A stretch of 64,000 nucleotides of DNA from Antedon mediterranea (lineage: Eukaryota; Animalia; Echinodermata): contig NC_092673.1 in the NCBI RefSeq assembly GCF_964355755.1, positions 15,162,948 to 15,226,947 of the forward strand. The letters run 5' to 3'. Position 1 is the stretch's first letter, and every line of letters begins with the position of its first letter. The notes beneath the pieces are model-generated. The model was not told the origin of the DNA. It ran no database searches and saw nothing but the letters and a program-made list of their open reading frames with translations. The position numbers were made by a program, and so were the translations under genes. Shown here piece after piece: positions 24,446 to 55,110 of the stretch.

Positions 24446-25936
24446 TTAGGTTATATGCATTATCATGCATATAACCTAATTAATAGTAGAAAACAATTAT
24501 CATGCATATAACCTCTTGATTCTGTCAAAATCTTTATTTATTTATTTATTTATTCTTCCCTTAGCACTATTTTGTCCGTGAATTATCTTGATATCAGTTT
24601 CATCTATCTAAGTCAATTTTTCAGAGTATATTCCTTATGGCCAGGAATCGATGTGGTTATGTTTTCAGGGTGCGCAATCAAACATTACGCGGTCTACGCG
24701 CGATTTAACGAAATCACGTTTGTAATCATATCTTCACAAGCATGAATCACTTTTAAACAAAATTTGGTACTCATAAATTTCAGGTCATATTTCATCATAT
24801 GGCAATACAATTACGTGCGTAGCGCATATAACGCATGCGTACGTGCGCTTAAAGTGTTGAAAATTGTCAGAATTTATTTTCGATGAAATTAGAGTACGTT
24901 TCAGGCAATTTTAAGCGTTTAAAAAATTGCCATGAGTGCGCATATTTTTGCACGCGCACTGCGCGTCAAACGTTAATGCGCACTGTTTGTGTTCGATTAC
25001 TGTTGTATAACCTTTCTTTAATAATATCATCATATTTTATTCACTTTTCAACGTGAAACAGCATTATACGAGCACGTCAAAAGTGACGGGCTACGCACGT
25101 GTAAGTTAACAAAATGGTGAAAATATGCTAAATTTTAAAATTAATATATATCGTTAGAATGCTCGGGAACAACTATTTTTTATTTAATTTTCTTGAAGTG
25201 TATGTATCATATGTATGATTTATTATGAAATTAGAAGAACAAAAGTTGATTAAGTCATCATTAATGGCATATTAAATTTAACAAAAGTAATTTCGACAAT
25301 CAAACAAATTATAACATTTTCTTAGGCCAAAATAACAAACTTAACATTAACTTTCTTCCTTAAGAAGTTCATATATTAAAGTTAAAAGTATATAGTTTGA
25401 CAGTGCATCAGTTTTTTTAATTTTTAAAGATGTCATCATAGTAAAACATTATAATTCATTGCGGTATGTAATAATCTATCTGCACCAAAGTGGTTACTGC
25501 ATAGTAAATACACGGAGGAATCTTTCCATAACTTTTAGTCAGTTGTGTATGGCTCGGTGGTCTCTGCTCGTGTCTATAGCATTCAAGTACCGAGTTCGAG
25601 TCTCACCTTGGGAAACCAAACGAAATAAGATTTTTTTTTATTATCCGTATTGGTTGTTCAATTGTATTTCTTAGTGTTAGATTATACACATGATTTATAA
25701 TGAAATCTAAATAAAAACACAAATGTGGTTTATGACATTATTATACGCAGAAAGATCTTTGATCGGATTATGATACCGGCTATTGTATTTGCGTTAGCAA
25801 GATCCTATCATATATTATAAATAACTAACGATTCTGAGAAAATCAATCAATCAATATATCTTAAATCAATCAATTATCTTTATTTAAATCAATGCATATA
25901 ACCTATAATTCGTCATAGTGACGAATTAAATCTAGT
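24446..25936 (+). mobile_element. Helentron/DINE-1-like non-autonomous rolling-circle element
   Basis: 5' TAGGTTATATGCAT with adjacent inverted copy, (TATT)n tract, 3' subTIR ATGCATATAACCTA (25892-25905), hairpin AATTCGTCA-TAG-TGACGAATT, terminal CTAGT. Confidence 0.7.
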
Positions 25937-26483
25937 TATTTATTGTGTCACATGTTGAATACATAGTGATTGGGTTATCATTTCAACAAACAAAATAAAT
26001 TGTTGGATCACTGCAATGTTATTCACTGTAGTTGTAAAAAGTTATCCAGAAAGTGTAAGAACAAAATTCCTTTCTGAATACAAAACATAATTTTCCTTAT
26101 TTGTATCTATTAGTAATTTTAATAAAATTGCATAACAGATTGTTCAATTGTACACTGTAGTTTCAGTTTCATTTCTCCAAACAAATTTTAAGGATCAACG
26201 CAATGACCATTGTTGTATCACCTAGTCAAATGTTGATGAAGAGAAAATAAATGCTGAAAATGAAATTTAGCAATATAACCTTTAAAAAAATACAATACTT
26301 TGATAATTTGTCTTGTTTCTGAGTTAAAACCTTTTTTCAATCATGGTTACAAAATTTATTTGGAGCTCACATTCATATTCACGAGATTATTGTTTGGCGT
26401 TTCCTGTTTGGGTATACTGTATATGCACCTCTGCACGCACTGAATCTACACATGCGCTAACCTTGGGTAGGCTCAACATGCCT

Positions 26484-27175
26484 AATCTAGGCTAAAGCCT
26501 GACTAAAATCTAGGCTAAGCCTGACTAAAATCTAGGCTAAGCCTGACTAAAGTCTAGGCTAAGCCTGACTAAATTCTAGGCTAAGCCTGACTAAAATCTA
26601 GGCTAAGCCTGACTAAAATCTAGGCTAAGCCTGACTAAAGTCTAGGCTAAGCCTGACTAAAATCTAGGCTAAGCTTGACTAAAATCTAGGCTAAGCCTGA
26701 CTAAAATCTAGGCTACAGTAAGCCTGACTAAAGTCTAGGCTAAGCCTGACTAAAATCTAGGCTAAGCCTGACTAAAATCTAGGCTAAGCCTGACTAAAAT
26801 CTAGGCTAAGCCTGACTAAAATCTAGGCTAAGCCTGACTAAAGTCTAGGCTAAGTCTGACTAAAATCTAGGCTAAGCCTGACTAAAATCTAGGCTAAGCC
26901 TGACTAAAATCTAGGCTAAGCCTGACTAAAATCTAGGCTAAGCCTGACTAAAATCTAGGCTAAGCCTGACTAAAATCTAGGCTAAGCCTGACTAAAATCT
27001 AGGCTAAGCCTGACTAAAATCTAGGCTAAGCCTGACTAAAATCTAGGCTAAGTCTGACTAAAGTCTAGGCTAAGCCTGACTAAAATCTAGGCTAAGCCTG
27101 ACTAAAATCTAGGCTAAGCCTGACTAAAATCTAGGCTAAGCCTGACTAAAATCTAGGCTAAGCCTGACTAAAATC
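26484..27175. repeat. 23-bp minisatellite, ~30 copies
   Basis: Unit aaatctaggctaagcctgactaa. Confidence 0.97.
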
Positions 27176-27694
27176 AGCCTCCTACCTTGCCTGAAAGTAT
27201 ATCCTTTTCTTCTCAAAAGCCATTTATAACCATTCCTTGTTATTTTAATATTTTGTCTAATGGACCAATTATCACAAAATTTAATATTATCATTACGGTG
27301 TTTTGTCTGGACCTCAGCCCCACCTTGGTTGGGTGTGACGTAATACAATTTGGGAAAATAGAGCTGCTTGATCGTCGGAATTGGCACCTAATTTGAAATG
27401 TGGAATAAAAATATATTTATTAGTGCCTCTAGGATCTCAGCCCAAATGGCACTTAAATATAATTTAAAATAGTAAATACAAAAAATATATATTTGTGTCT
27501 CCAGCCTCAGCCCCACGATGGTTGGGGCTGGGGTAAGAATATTTGGAAAAATAGAGCTGCTCGATGGCCGGTAATGGTACTTAATTTCAATTATACAGCT
27601 AACAATTGCAGCCAAATAAGCAGCTTAAGCAGTGCTTTCCCAGGGAAAGGAATCTTTGCACATTAGCAATTATTCACCTAAAAATTACAGCTTA

Positions 27695-28327
27695 GGGCGC
27701 GTTTATACAACACGCTATTACCTACCTAGTACACGCATATTCAACACGCCTACGAGAAGTGTGTTGTATAACATTGAAGAGATTCCGTGTAATGAGATTT
27801 TAATTGCAAAAAAGGCTACTTGGCTGAATCCTAAAATTTTGTGGATTCCCGGTTGCTGTTGGCGTGTTGGAAGTGTCCTCAGGGTATTGTTTTGATCTCT
27901 CGTTAAAAAAAAGTATATGCTTTGAAAATGTTGACCAAATCTAGTAGATAATTGTGCTTTTTTTGCATATTTTAACCGATTTAGCACTTAACATTAACGC
28001 TAATCCAATGTTAGCATAATTTGGCAAAATGTAGCATAGTTTTATCCTAATTCTAAAACATTTTTTTTCATAATTTTAAAAGCAGATTTAAAAACTGAAT
28101 AAACTAAATTTTAAACGAAATGATCCTTTATAAAAATCCTTTAAAAAACTCATATTAATTCATAATGCATGCGAGTATACATACAACTTAGGATTATGAA
28201 CTACGGTATTACACGGTATTACTATTTAATGTATAACTGCAAGATTTTTGTGGGGTTGACCTCGGCCCGTGCAACACGCTAAAAATTAAAGACGTGTTCA
28301 AATTTAGGGTGTTGTATAAACACAGCC
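27695..28327. mobile_element. PIF/Harbinger-like MITE family B, copy 1
   Basis: TTA|GGGCGCGTTTATACAACAC ... GTGTTGTATAAACACAGCC|TTA. Confidence 0.75.
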
Positions 28328-30077
28328 TTAGAATGCGTCAGCAGAATAAGCAGTTTAAGCAGTGACTTCACGGGGAAAGGAATCATTGCAAATTAGCAAC
28401 TAATCAGCACAACATAGCAGCTTAAAATGCTTCAGCAAAATAAGCAGCTTAAGCAGTGACTTCACAGGAAAAGGAATCTTTGCTTTAACAATTAATAAGC
28501 AAAGCATTGCAGCCTACATTGCTTAAGCAAAATAATCAGCTTAAGCAGTGATTTCACGGGGAAAAGAATCATTGCAAATTAGCAATTAATTAGCAAAACA
28601 TTGCAGCTTATAATGCAAAATAAACAGCTTAATTAAGCAGAACTTACAGCGGAAAACATATTTGCAAATAAGCAATTGATGAGCACTCAATTGCAGTTGA
28701 ATGTCCAGGGGAACAAGTGATCCCTAAGCAAAATAGTAAATAGTTAAAAATATCCAACATTCTATATAAGTAATAGTAGTCCAATTAGAAACAACAACTA
28801 CAGAAATAGCAATATTAGCATAAATAGCATTAGCACATGGTCAACGCACCAAAAATAGCAAAAAAAAGTCTGTATGCTATACACTACAGGTATAAGTTCT
28901 AAAAACTCCAAAATGACCAATCCTGTGTTTTACCAGTGGAAGTCAGGTATAATCATCATCAGAAATAAAGATAGTCACCTTAGTTGCCTAGCAATTGGAA
29001 AAAAACACATTCCTTGCCAACAGTGGTCACTTTGACCCATTTGGGGTAACCTTAGTTGCAATAAGCTGCATTCTTTTCTGCTGACCTATCAACTATACAG
29101 TATTTATAAACATTCAAATGAATAAAACCAAACAGAAAGATATAAATGGAAAAAAATGTATTCATAAAAAATCATAGGGTTACATATTAATCTTAGAAAA
29201 TTAATCAATATTCTTGAAGAAATGTACATTGAAGTATTTTTGTTTTTTAGCTTTAAAAAATGCAACATATCTTGATTTTGGAATGAATTTCATTTAGATT
29301 TTTTTTATTGCTTGTTGTTGAAATAATATTACCTAACAACACTCACAAAATTATTATTTTTTTGTATAAAAAAAATAAAAATAAATGCAAGCTTGATACT
29401 AAAGTAACATCATAATGGGCAGGTTTCTCCTGTAGTAAACCCACACACCAATGTACCAACATGTACGCTGTGCTGCCCGTTTTTTAGTTTTGCTATGCGA
29501 TGTGATGACAGCGGTATTATTCGTTGATCTTACTCTTATTGGTAACAACCAATGGCACATTTCAAAATGCCATCCTGCTTGCTCCTTACAGTTTTGCCAA
29601 AGAAAATTCCAATATCAGTATGGCTAGCACTGCACTGAATTGAATTGAATGAATTGAATTGAATGCTTTATTTGTTTTTTTTTTGCTCTTTTCTTGTGCA
29701 TGTGTAGAGTATTGCTGAATACAGGTTTTTGTTGTTTTACTTGCTAAACCTAGTCAACTCTCCCAAAACTAGTAATTCTCAGAAAGTTTGGTTTTCAGGA
29801 AAGTATGAAAGAATTTAATTTTTTCAAAAGAGTTTCGGTTTTAAGGAAGCAAAGTGGGAGCTTATCTCCCAAAAAAATCTGAAAAATACAATGCAAAAGA
29901 TATAAAAAACATTAAGTTTAGCACAATTTTACAACTATTATTAGAATCTTTCAACTTTCCCTCCCACAAACCATTCACAACTCCTTACTCCTTTTTTCAA
30001 AATCATATATCTGCCATTTGAGTTGACTCCTCATAATTATATTGATATTTTATTATTTTTTAATTTGTTTTTGTTAG

Positions 30078-30106
30078 ATGATAAAGTGAGTGAAGAGCAT
30101 TGCTGA
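30078..30106 (+). CDS. Candidate terminal prominin exon (DDKVSEEHC-stop), followed by AT-rich putative 3' UTR
   Basis: T-rich acceptor tttttgttag; phase-compatible with the 29-nt exon; no homology support seen. Confidence 0.4.
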
Positions 30107-33100
30107 GTCTTGCTGAATTTCTATCTTATCGTCCATTTTCCTGAGGTTTCCTGACAACTTTATTGTTATAACCATTGTTTAAAATTAAATTAACACTATA
30201 GAGCTAAGCAATTATTTTTAGCTTTTTAATTGGTTGAAATGTTTATTGATGTTACGCAGAATGATGCAAGTTTTAATAGTGTGCAGCTTGTGTGGCATAA
30301 AGGTTGTATTGAAGTGTTACTACTTCTGCTTACATATTCAATATGTAGATTTATAATTAAAATTGTTGCAATAAATATAGCACATTGTTTGTGTATTTGA
30401 TGTATATATGTATATATATGTTTGAGCTGTATAGGAACAGTTGTTTCCTTTTATGTCTAATGTTAGATTTCTAAAAAAGAAAATAAATAAAATTTGTTTA
30501 TACAGTAATTTGTCATTATATCCATTATAATAAAATAGGCTGAACATGTGCAATGTCAGATTAGCATCATTGCCACAGTAATATACATGCCTTATCAAGA
30601 AATATTGTTTAAACTTGTCTAGATAGATTCTCAAAGATGTACTAGCCAATTAATAGTATCATTGCCAATTCCTGCCATAGCCGTATACAGTAGTATAGTT
30701 ATTCAACATTAGAATATGTAAATTAGCTTGCTTTATAATTATACAAATATTTAAATTATTCTTAAAAGGTGAAATTTAGTAGGCATGGTCATTATACTCG
30801 ACTACCCTCTTTTTCTCTTATTCCTAATTTTTCTAATTTGGCAATATTCAATATAGATATTAAGAAAAATGTATTAATAAAGTTAATATATATTCTGTAT
30901 ATCATCTTGAAGTTTAATAATTTAGATAAATGTCAAATGTAATAAATTATATTTTTCATTTTAAATTAAGGATAAATTTATTTACTGATATTAAGTCTTT
31001 AATAACTTACATGTTTTGTATATAGTTATATCATTTTGATACCTACAGTAGTAGTAATAATAATTGATGAACACAAGACAAATGTATATCTATTGTCATT
31101 ATTGTCATAAACTACCTAGCTATCCCTCATTGTGGGTCTGCTTTTAGTATAGGTCTAAAGGCCTATATATTATGTTTGAATGGATTTTCTTTAACCAACT
31201 AAATGGATTTACCATAATAATAAACATACCAAATGATTATAAATGTTGACATATTTTCTTCCACACATCCACCTGTTTGTATCCAAATATTTTTACGTTT
31301 CATTGTTAGCCACCTTGTCTGTAACATAGGGAGCTTGCGACGACTTAGGACTTAATGCATATTGTGCCATTCGTCTGGACGAATGTGTAGAAAAATCAAG
31401 TGACGAAGTACTTGCCAATTTCTCTGAATGCTCAATAAATATTGCGTAACTAGGTTCTAGGTCGTTCGCAATTTGAAAGCTCCATATTAAAGCAATAGTT
31501 TATATGTACCATGCACAGATTAACAATTTGCAGTATGTTGTGCCCGTAGTTTCATTACAACTTTTCTTGTATTGTTTTAATATCAAAGACATTATTATAA
31601 TATTATTATACACAGATTAATTTTAATCAATTTAAGCACCATGCATTACATTACAGACAGACAATTTGACGCGTACGTTCATTCATTGTTGTAGATGGTG
31701 TTTCGACTTCTTGAAAAGAAAAAAACAAATAGGCACACATGACGTGTTGTAATTATACTTGAGTTGTAAATAACCCCGCTAGTGGCACTAAAACAATAAC
31801 TAGACTTTGTACGTATGCATCAAATTAATTTTTTTCTCTTAATTAAAAAACCATTTGTTTTAACAGGTGAAGTATACATATAGAGTACTGAGTTTTAACA
31901 TTGTAGAGAGTTGCAATCTTTTAAACATTCCTGTTTTATAAGATTTTTGTCGATATATTTTGTATTTTAGAATTGGGATTTTCAGAGTGTTTAGTTTTTT
32001 ACACAGATATATTATATGTACAGCTTAAGAATGTTTTGCTTTGAAATAACATGCCACTTTTTTCATTACACAAATATTGTATAAAAGTATTTTACTTGAA
32101 CAAATGTTATGTGTAGTTTCATTTCATGTTTTCATTTTTGTCCATGATCATTGGTTTAAAGTTTATAAGCCGATTCTGCTGCTCTGATGTATGCATTTCA
32201 ATGTGCATCACATACTGGGTTGGGTGCAACAATATTATCTGAATACTGTACCTTTTTTATTATTATATACTATAGCAAGATGTATCATTAAAAAAAATGA
32301 TAAAAATCATTTACAGTATTAAATTTGTTCACTTTATTACCCCAGGGGGCAGTTACTTAAGGTAGCTTTCAATTTTCAACCTAGTGCCTACATAAATTGG
32401 TGTTGGCTCGGAACTAGAATCAAAAACTGTGTCAAGGAATCCCGAAAGTAATGAGCTACTATAGCTCCACTGTGTTTTTGTACTCTAACCAATAGGCTTT
32501 GTCGACTGGTCTGAGCTCCTCGGACTACTTGCTATTTATCTACTTTATGAGCAGTTTGAAGGACTCATAGTCGACCAGTCAAATATACCTGAATCAAAGT
32601 GCATGTTGGTCAATCAGTTTCGTTACACTGACAACAGCGCAGATCCTTGGGGGGCATATCCACATATTTTTTAGTGGGAAGGGGAGATGGTTGACAGAAT
32701 CCCCAGAATTTGTATTTGTTCAAATGTTAATTATGAGTGCAATTTCCAGTCATCTAAGTGTAATTTTCTTTAATTTTACTACTACCAGATTTGGAGGTGC
32801 TGCAAAAGACAAAGTCCCAGCTGGACCGTCTGCCCCATTATGGTTGGGTTTACCATTTATTAGTGTATGTTTGGGGATAAGAATAAGTAACCTAATTTAG
32901 ATACCGCACAGGCGACCATACCAATACCAATGTACAGTAAAATTGCTGTCTGACATCAAGCTATGCCTATACTTCAACAGATTCTCATCGGATGTACGTG
33001 TCTTTCACTGATGAAGCTCGGAAATTGTGCATGCATCATCGTACCACAACATAAAATCATTACATGCAAATGGTCAATTGATGTCATAAGCTGAAGATTT

Positions 33101-33647
33101 ACTAAGGTTCACTTGAAGTTAGTTTAGTTTGCAGACGTGAAATCGGATAGTTGAAATGTGCTCATAAATTGATTGAAACAACCTATAATTGCTCATCTCG
33201 CTCGCAAAGTATTCTTTTATTTCTCCCCCTCACCTTTCGCAATGGATGTGCTGTTTTACCAGTGTTTTTAATCAATAACTTTGAATCAGATATTGAGTAT
33301 TGATACTTTATCTTCTTCCATTCATCTATTAAAAACTAAAACTAACTGACAAACCAACAACTCAAGTATATAATCTTTCAATAAACACATTTATTAATCT
33401 TCTTGTAAATCTTTTGCAAACAAGCAATGTAAAGGCTCATCATTTTCAGTCACTGCTTGAAATGGGTTGCTAAAACTAATTATAGACACAGCTAACAGAT
33501 GTTTTGGTAGCTGTGAGACGTTGTGGCAACCGGTATATTGAGATTTTAGTATTTTATATACACATTTGATATTAAAGAGTTCATTCTTCTACGACCACAA
33601 CAAGCAAGCCGTCTAGATCACACTGAAATCGGAAACAATCATTTCAT

Positions 33648-34471
33648 CTAGTCAAATATTGAGCCTTCTGAGGATGCTAAAAGATAAAAAATAAGTAACA
33701 ATTAATTAGTTCATAAATAATAATCAGAATATTTTGTTATTATAAAATAAATCTACTGGCTGACTAGTTAACCTGGCCATGGCTCCAGTTTTCTGGTTTT
33801 CCCCCAAAAAGAAAAGTTATTTCCACACAGTCAGTTTTAATATAATCATTCTTTTGTTTAGAAATAAAATATTTTATTACAATTCAATTCAATTCAACTT
33901 TATTTCAGACAAACTGTCCATATGAAACATATAAATACAATAAAAAATAATACAAAGCATTATGTGATGGGAATGTGACAACCGTCATGGAGAGAGGACT
34001 AATAATTACCTGCAGCAGCCTCTTTCTTAACTTCCTTAGCTTTTTTCTCTTCTTTTAACTTCATCAAAGTATCTTCTTTCTTTTGCAGTGTTTTGTGGTG
34101 ACTTGAACCATATTTGATTCCAATCAATATGGCAGCATACCTTGAAAACTGTAAAAAAATAATTTCAATATTTTCTAGGCCTAGTTTAGATGCGTGGAAG
34201 GCTCGGATCATGCAATGGATGGGCATCGATCGGGTGTATAGGCCCTATAGCCTCTAGTACACTACAGACAGTACATACAGTGAGGCCCTTAGCTAGCTAG
34301 GCCTAGCTTTGCATAGCAAAAAATGAGTATCAGTCAATTAAAATAAATTAAGATAATGGAACAAAATAATTAATAATTTCATAAATGTACTGTGCTTGCC
34401 ATATAATTACTTACAACCTGAAATATACCTACCCTAACAAGCGGTGAAACTACAACCGGTGCAGGAGCCAT
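33648..34471 (-). CDS. ATP5ME: Mitochondrial ATP synthase F0 subunit e, 68 aa, 3 exons
   Basis: Exons 34471-34433, 34148-34010, 33676-33648 with GT-AG; MAPAPVVVSPLVR/FSRYAAILIGIKYGSSHHKTLQKKEDTLMKLKEEKKAKEVKKEAAA/ASSEGSIFD*, like human ATP5I (VQVSPLIKLGRYSALFLGVAYG); AATAAA on - strand at ~33390-33395. Confidence 0.9.
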
Positions 34472-34654
34472 CTTTATTCTCTCTTTTCCACAAATTGTGT
34501 GAGCGCACAGCGCATGCTCGCGTTTTCGATGTAAAAAAGACAACAGCGCCACCACACACACACATGCACAAAAAAACAGCAGAAGTAGTTCTCGAGAACA
34601 CAACAAACAGGTTTTAAATTTTACTTATAAAAATCATCCTAAAGAAAAATACTT
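34472..34654. promoter_or_regulatory. Compact bidirectional promoter/5'UTR region shared by ATP5ME and DDX41
   Basis: Divergent ATGs 183 bp apart; locally CpG-enriched; NRF1-like GCGCATGC at ~34510. Confidence 0.65.
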
Positions 34655-50994
<16,340 letters not shown>

Positions 50995-50999
50995 ACAAT

Positions 51000-52075
51000 G
51001 TAATCAATAACAGGAAGGATCACTTGCCCAACGGGCCAGCTGACTGTTGAACGCCAAGATGTAGCGTGGTTGTAAAGATAGGATTGGAAGTCGCGATGTC
51101 GTATTGCTGGTCGTAAGGATAACTTTTGCAATAGGCCAGATGCCAGTTAGAAGCTGATACGTAGTAATGTAGTTCATAAGGTTAACTTGGTCATTGGGCC
51201 AGCAATCTGCTTTATAAAGAGCTGTGTTGAAATAGTGAGGGTCATAAAGGTAACTTAGCCAATGGGTCAGTTGTCTGATAAACGCTGATATGTAGTACTG
51301 AGGGTCGTAAGGATAACTTGGTCATTGGGTCAGTCGTCTGCTAAGAGCTGTGTTGAAGTAGTAAGGGTTGTAATGGTAACTTAGCCAATGGGTCAGTCTT
51401 CTTGTAAAAGCTGATATGTAGTAGTGAGGGTCGTAAGGATAACTTGGTCATTGGGTCAGTCGTCTCCTAAGAGCTGTGTTGAAGTAGTAAGAGTTGTAAT
51501 GGTAACTTAGCCAATGGGTCAGTCTTCTTGTAAAAGCTGATATGTAGTACTGAGGGTCGTAAGGATAACTTGGTCATTGGGTCAGTCGTCTGCTAAGAGC
51601 TGTGTTGAAGTAGTAAGGGTTGTAATGGTAACTTAGGCAATGGGTCAGTCTTCTTGTAAAAGCTGATATGTAGTAGTGAGGGTCGTAAGGATAACTTGGT
51701 CATTGGGTCAGTCGTCTCCTAAGAGCTGTGTTGAATTAGTAAGAGTTGTAATGGTAACTTAGCCAATGGGTCAGTCTTCTTGTAAAAGCTGATATTTAGT
51801 AGTGAGGGTCGTAAGGATAACTTGGTCATTGGGTCAGTCATCTGCTAAGAGCTGTGTTGAAGTAGTAAGGGTTGTAATGGTAACTTAGCCAATGGGTCTG
51901 TCGTCTTGTAAAAGCTGATATGTAGTAGTGAGGGTCGTAAGGATAACTTGGTCATTGGGTCAGTCATCTGCTAAGAGCTGTGTTGAAGTAGTAAGGGTTG
52001 TAATGGTAACTTAGCCAATGGGTCAGTCTTCTTGTAAAAGCTGATATGTAGTAGTGAGGGTTGTAAGGATAACTA
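51000..52075 (+). repeat. 63-bp monomer / 126-bp dimer tandem array right after the DDX41 stop
   Basis: agggtcgtaaggataacttgg recurs at 51301, 51427, 51553 and onward; two alternating related monomers. Confidence 0.92.
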
Positions 52076-53439
52076 TTGTCATAAAAAGGAGAACCTTGTC
52101 AATTTCTGGCTTCTTCTTGAGGGTTTGTAATTAATTAATGTATGTATGTAATGTAATCAACTTTGCATATAAGACTGTTTCTCACAGCATTAACGATTGG
52201 GTTAATTTAACCATTATTTTCAGGCTGCCATTTAACTGGTTACTGAAAATGTGTCCTGTTTCTGCTGCCAAGACATTGTTGTGCAATGTGTGCATGTTTC
52301 CTTGGACTTCTAGTTCTATTTCAGTAACATAATATTATGATGTTCATGTAATGAATATGACAAGTAAATCATTGAATTACTTTTATCTGGTTCATGTCTG
52401 GCATAAATAGGAGTTTGCTTTGTGTAAGTAGTAACCTAACCTAGTTCTTGTAACTCGATTAACTACCATCCAAATAAATTGATTGTAAAGCTTAAAGATA
52501 TACATACATACATTCGTTTGGTATTGAGATAAAGATTATGAATGAGCAGATTTATGTAAACCTAAAATACAATTTTCAATGCTTGGTAATTAAAGGATTA
52601 CAGAATTTAAAGATTATTAGTATGATAATTATGTTTCAATTTTATATAGATTAGAAAGTACTGATTATACTGCAGTTACTGCAGTAACTTTGTTACCTTA
52701 TTTATGCGGCAGTTACTGCAATAAACTGTGTATGATTCCCAGAAAAAAAATTTGCTAAATAGTTGGTTGAAGAGTAAACAAAATGTGGTTACTGCAGTAG
52801 AATAGTTTCTTAACAGTAAGACTTCAAACAGAGTACTAATAAGCTAGGCCTATTTGATAACCATTATCACATAATTATTTAATGAACCTTCTTCTATTGG
52901 AAGCATTTCGAATCATAGCTGAGTGCTACCTATATCATACAGACCTTTATGCTTAATATCTTGTTAAAAGAAGGTGGTCATCTTACCAATCACTGACCTA
53001 TCTTTCATTTACGCTTATACGTGTTAATGATTAGTGACATTTTGTATTGTATAAAACGATTAAATTTGCCTATCGTTATACGATTGACGCTGTGAGTGTT
53101 GATTGACAAAATAGCCTTGGCTATCACACTTCAATAATGCTGGAATATCATGATATATTGTTAATATGTAGAAATAAATGACTGTAAGTCTGTATAATGA
53201 TCGGTAAATATTGTGTGAGTATTGTATTGCTATCATTAGTTGAATTTGATCGCATGTACGGTTGACAACATTTAGTACAGATGTTTCTTTGATTAATTCA
53301 TTATGTCGTTCAAAATATTGCTTGCTTTTGTACTTGTGTGCGTACTTGGGTGTTTGTGCGTGCTTAATTGTTTTCTTGATTGATGATTGATTGTGTGCAT
53401 GTTTGCTTGCATTTATTTTATTTTTTATTTTATTCATTT

Positions 53440-55110
53440 CGGCAATAGACATGAAATAATAATTACAAAACATAGAAATATATATATATATATGAAGACA
53501 AGACACGAAGCCGAGGAGCCGGGCCGAGGAGAGACAAAAGCATTTAAAAAAACGCTGTCACCGGTAAGGTGTGTCTCTCCAACACAAAAATTACAAATAA
53601 CAAGAATATATACTATAATATATAACATAGACATTTCACAAGATAAAAAAAATGATTTATAAAGTTACAAAGTTTCTCTCCGACTTTTAAAATATTGCTT
53701 TAGGGATAATTAACAAACCATTAACAATAATATTGCGAATCTCGTTGGGTATGGAATTCCAAGTTCTAGTGAATCTGGTCGGGATGCAAAATTTTGACAT
53801 ATCATTACTGGAGCGAAGATGCTTGAAAGTGAGGGTATCATGACGATTATTAACTATGAGTAAATTATAAATAATAGATCTTTGATGATAAAGTAAAACA
53901 TTGCAAGCAAATAGAACAGTATAACAATCTCTAATGGCGATTGTGGATGGGATATCATTTGAGAACAAAGATGTCAGTGCAATTGGTCTATAGTTGCATA
54001 GGTTCGTCTTGCTGAGCTTCTTATGAACTGGTGCGATGTTTGCACTTTCCAAACTTTTAAACACATTGGCAAGTAATGGCGATAAACCTTTGGCACAGAG
54101 TTTTAACATTTGAGATGTTAGGCCATCGGCCAGCTTTGCCCACAGAGAGATTCATGATCTTCCTGAAAACTACAATGGGATGGACAATAATGTTTGCTAG
54201 AGTTGTAACCTCTAGTCTGGGTGATGTAGATTCATCTGCTAATGGGTCATTCTGGGTAAAGTAAGATTCGAATAGTGAATTAAACGCGTTCGCAATTGTC
54301 CTCGGATCGGAGCACATTGTATCATTAATCACAAATGAAGAACAATTTTTGCAGACTTCCGTTTGGAATGGACATACTGCCAGAATTGCTTCTTGTTATC
54401 AGCTTTTTCCATTAATTCATCAATATATTTACTGTGGGAAAGGAAGGAAGTCAATAAGGGTGCTGGATGACAATGGTATGCGTGACAATCTGCTGGAAAT
54501 CAAGTGATGATGTCCAATTGCTGACTCTGCTGTGCAAGTTGTTGGTAACGTGTATGTCGGCCAACCAATTGAGGTTAAAATCTCCAAGCAACGTTACTCC
54601 TTTATATTTTTCAATACGAAGTTGCAGAACAATTTCCTCAAGTTCCAAAGCAGAGTTAGGTTTAGATGATGATCTATAAAATACACCGCAAAGCCATCTA
54701 CCATCATTGACACTGAATTCTGCCCAGACACATTCAACATTTTCCATTGAAGGATGGATAACTTGGATGGGATGTAATTTAGGTTTAATGGCCAGAAGCA
54801 CACCACCACCGTCTTTATGAGCACCTCTGTCTTTGCGAAAAAATGAAATGTTGGTTTGATATAACACCATCAGGAACTGTATCGGTGAGCCAGGGTTCAG
54901 TTATACCGATGATTGATAGGTGAGTATTCTGTCCCAGGTAAGTTTGTAGACATCTTAATTTGTTTTTTAGGCTCCTGGCGATGAATAATACACCACATAT
55001 GCTTTCAGATGTTGCAGTTGTATTAAGGGAAGAATCTTCAGAAATATCACTGGTCAAAGGTGATTTGATCGAAGGTAAGAGAAAAAGGAACAACATTTTG
55101 TTTCGATTCA
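53440..55110 (-). mobile_element. Decayed CR1/L2-type LINE ORF2 (APE endonuclease, RT start, C-terminus; RT core deleted)
   Basis: ARSLKNK, IIGITEPWL, FRKDR..GGGV, LLGDFN, IANAFN..F, PVHKK..NYRPIALTS, WNSIP in shifting frames. Confidence 0.85.

Noticed and set aside
4575-27175. Regular repeats as possible CRISPR arrays
   Set aside because: Head-to-tail units with no unique spacers, no cas genes, eukaryotic intron context.
33006-33030. CTGATGA..GAAA hammerhead-like string
   Set aside because: No convincing stem II, stem III or stem I pairing.
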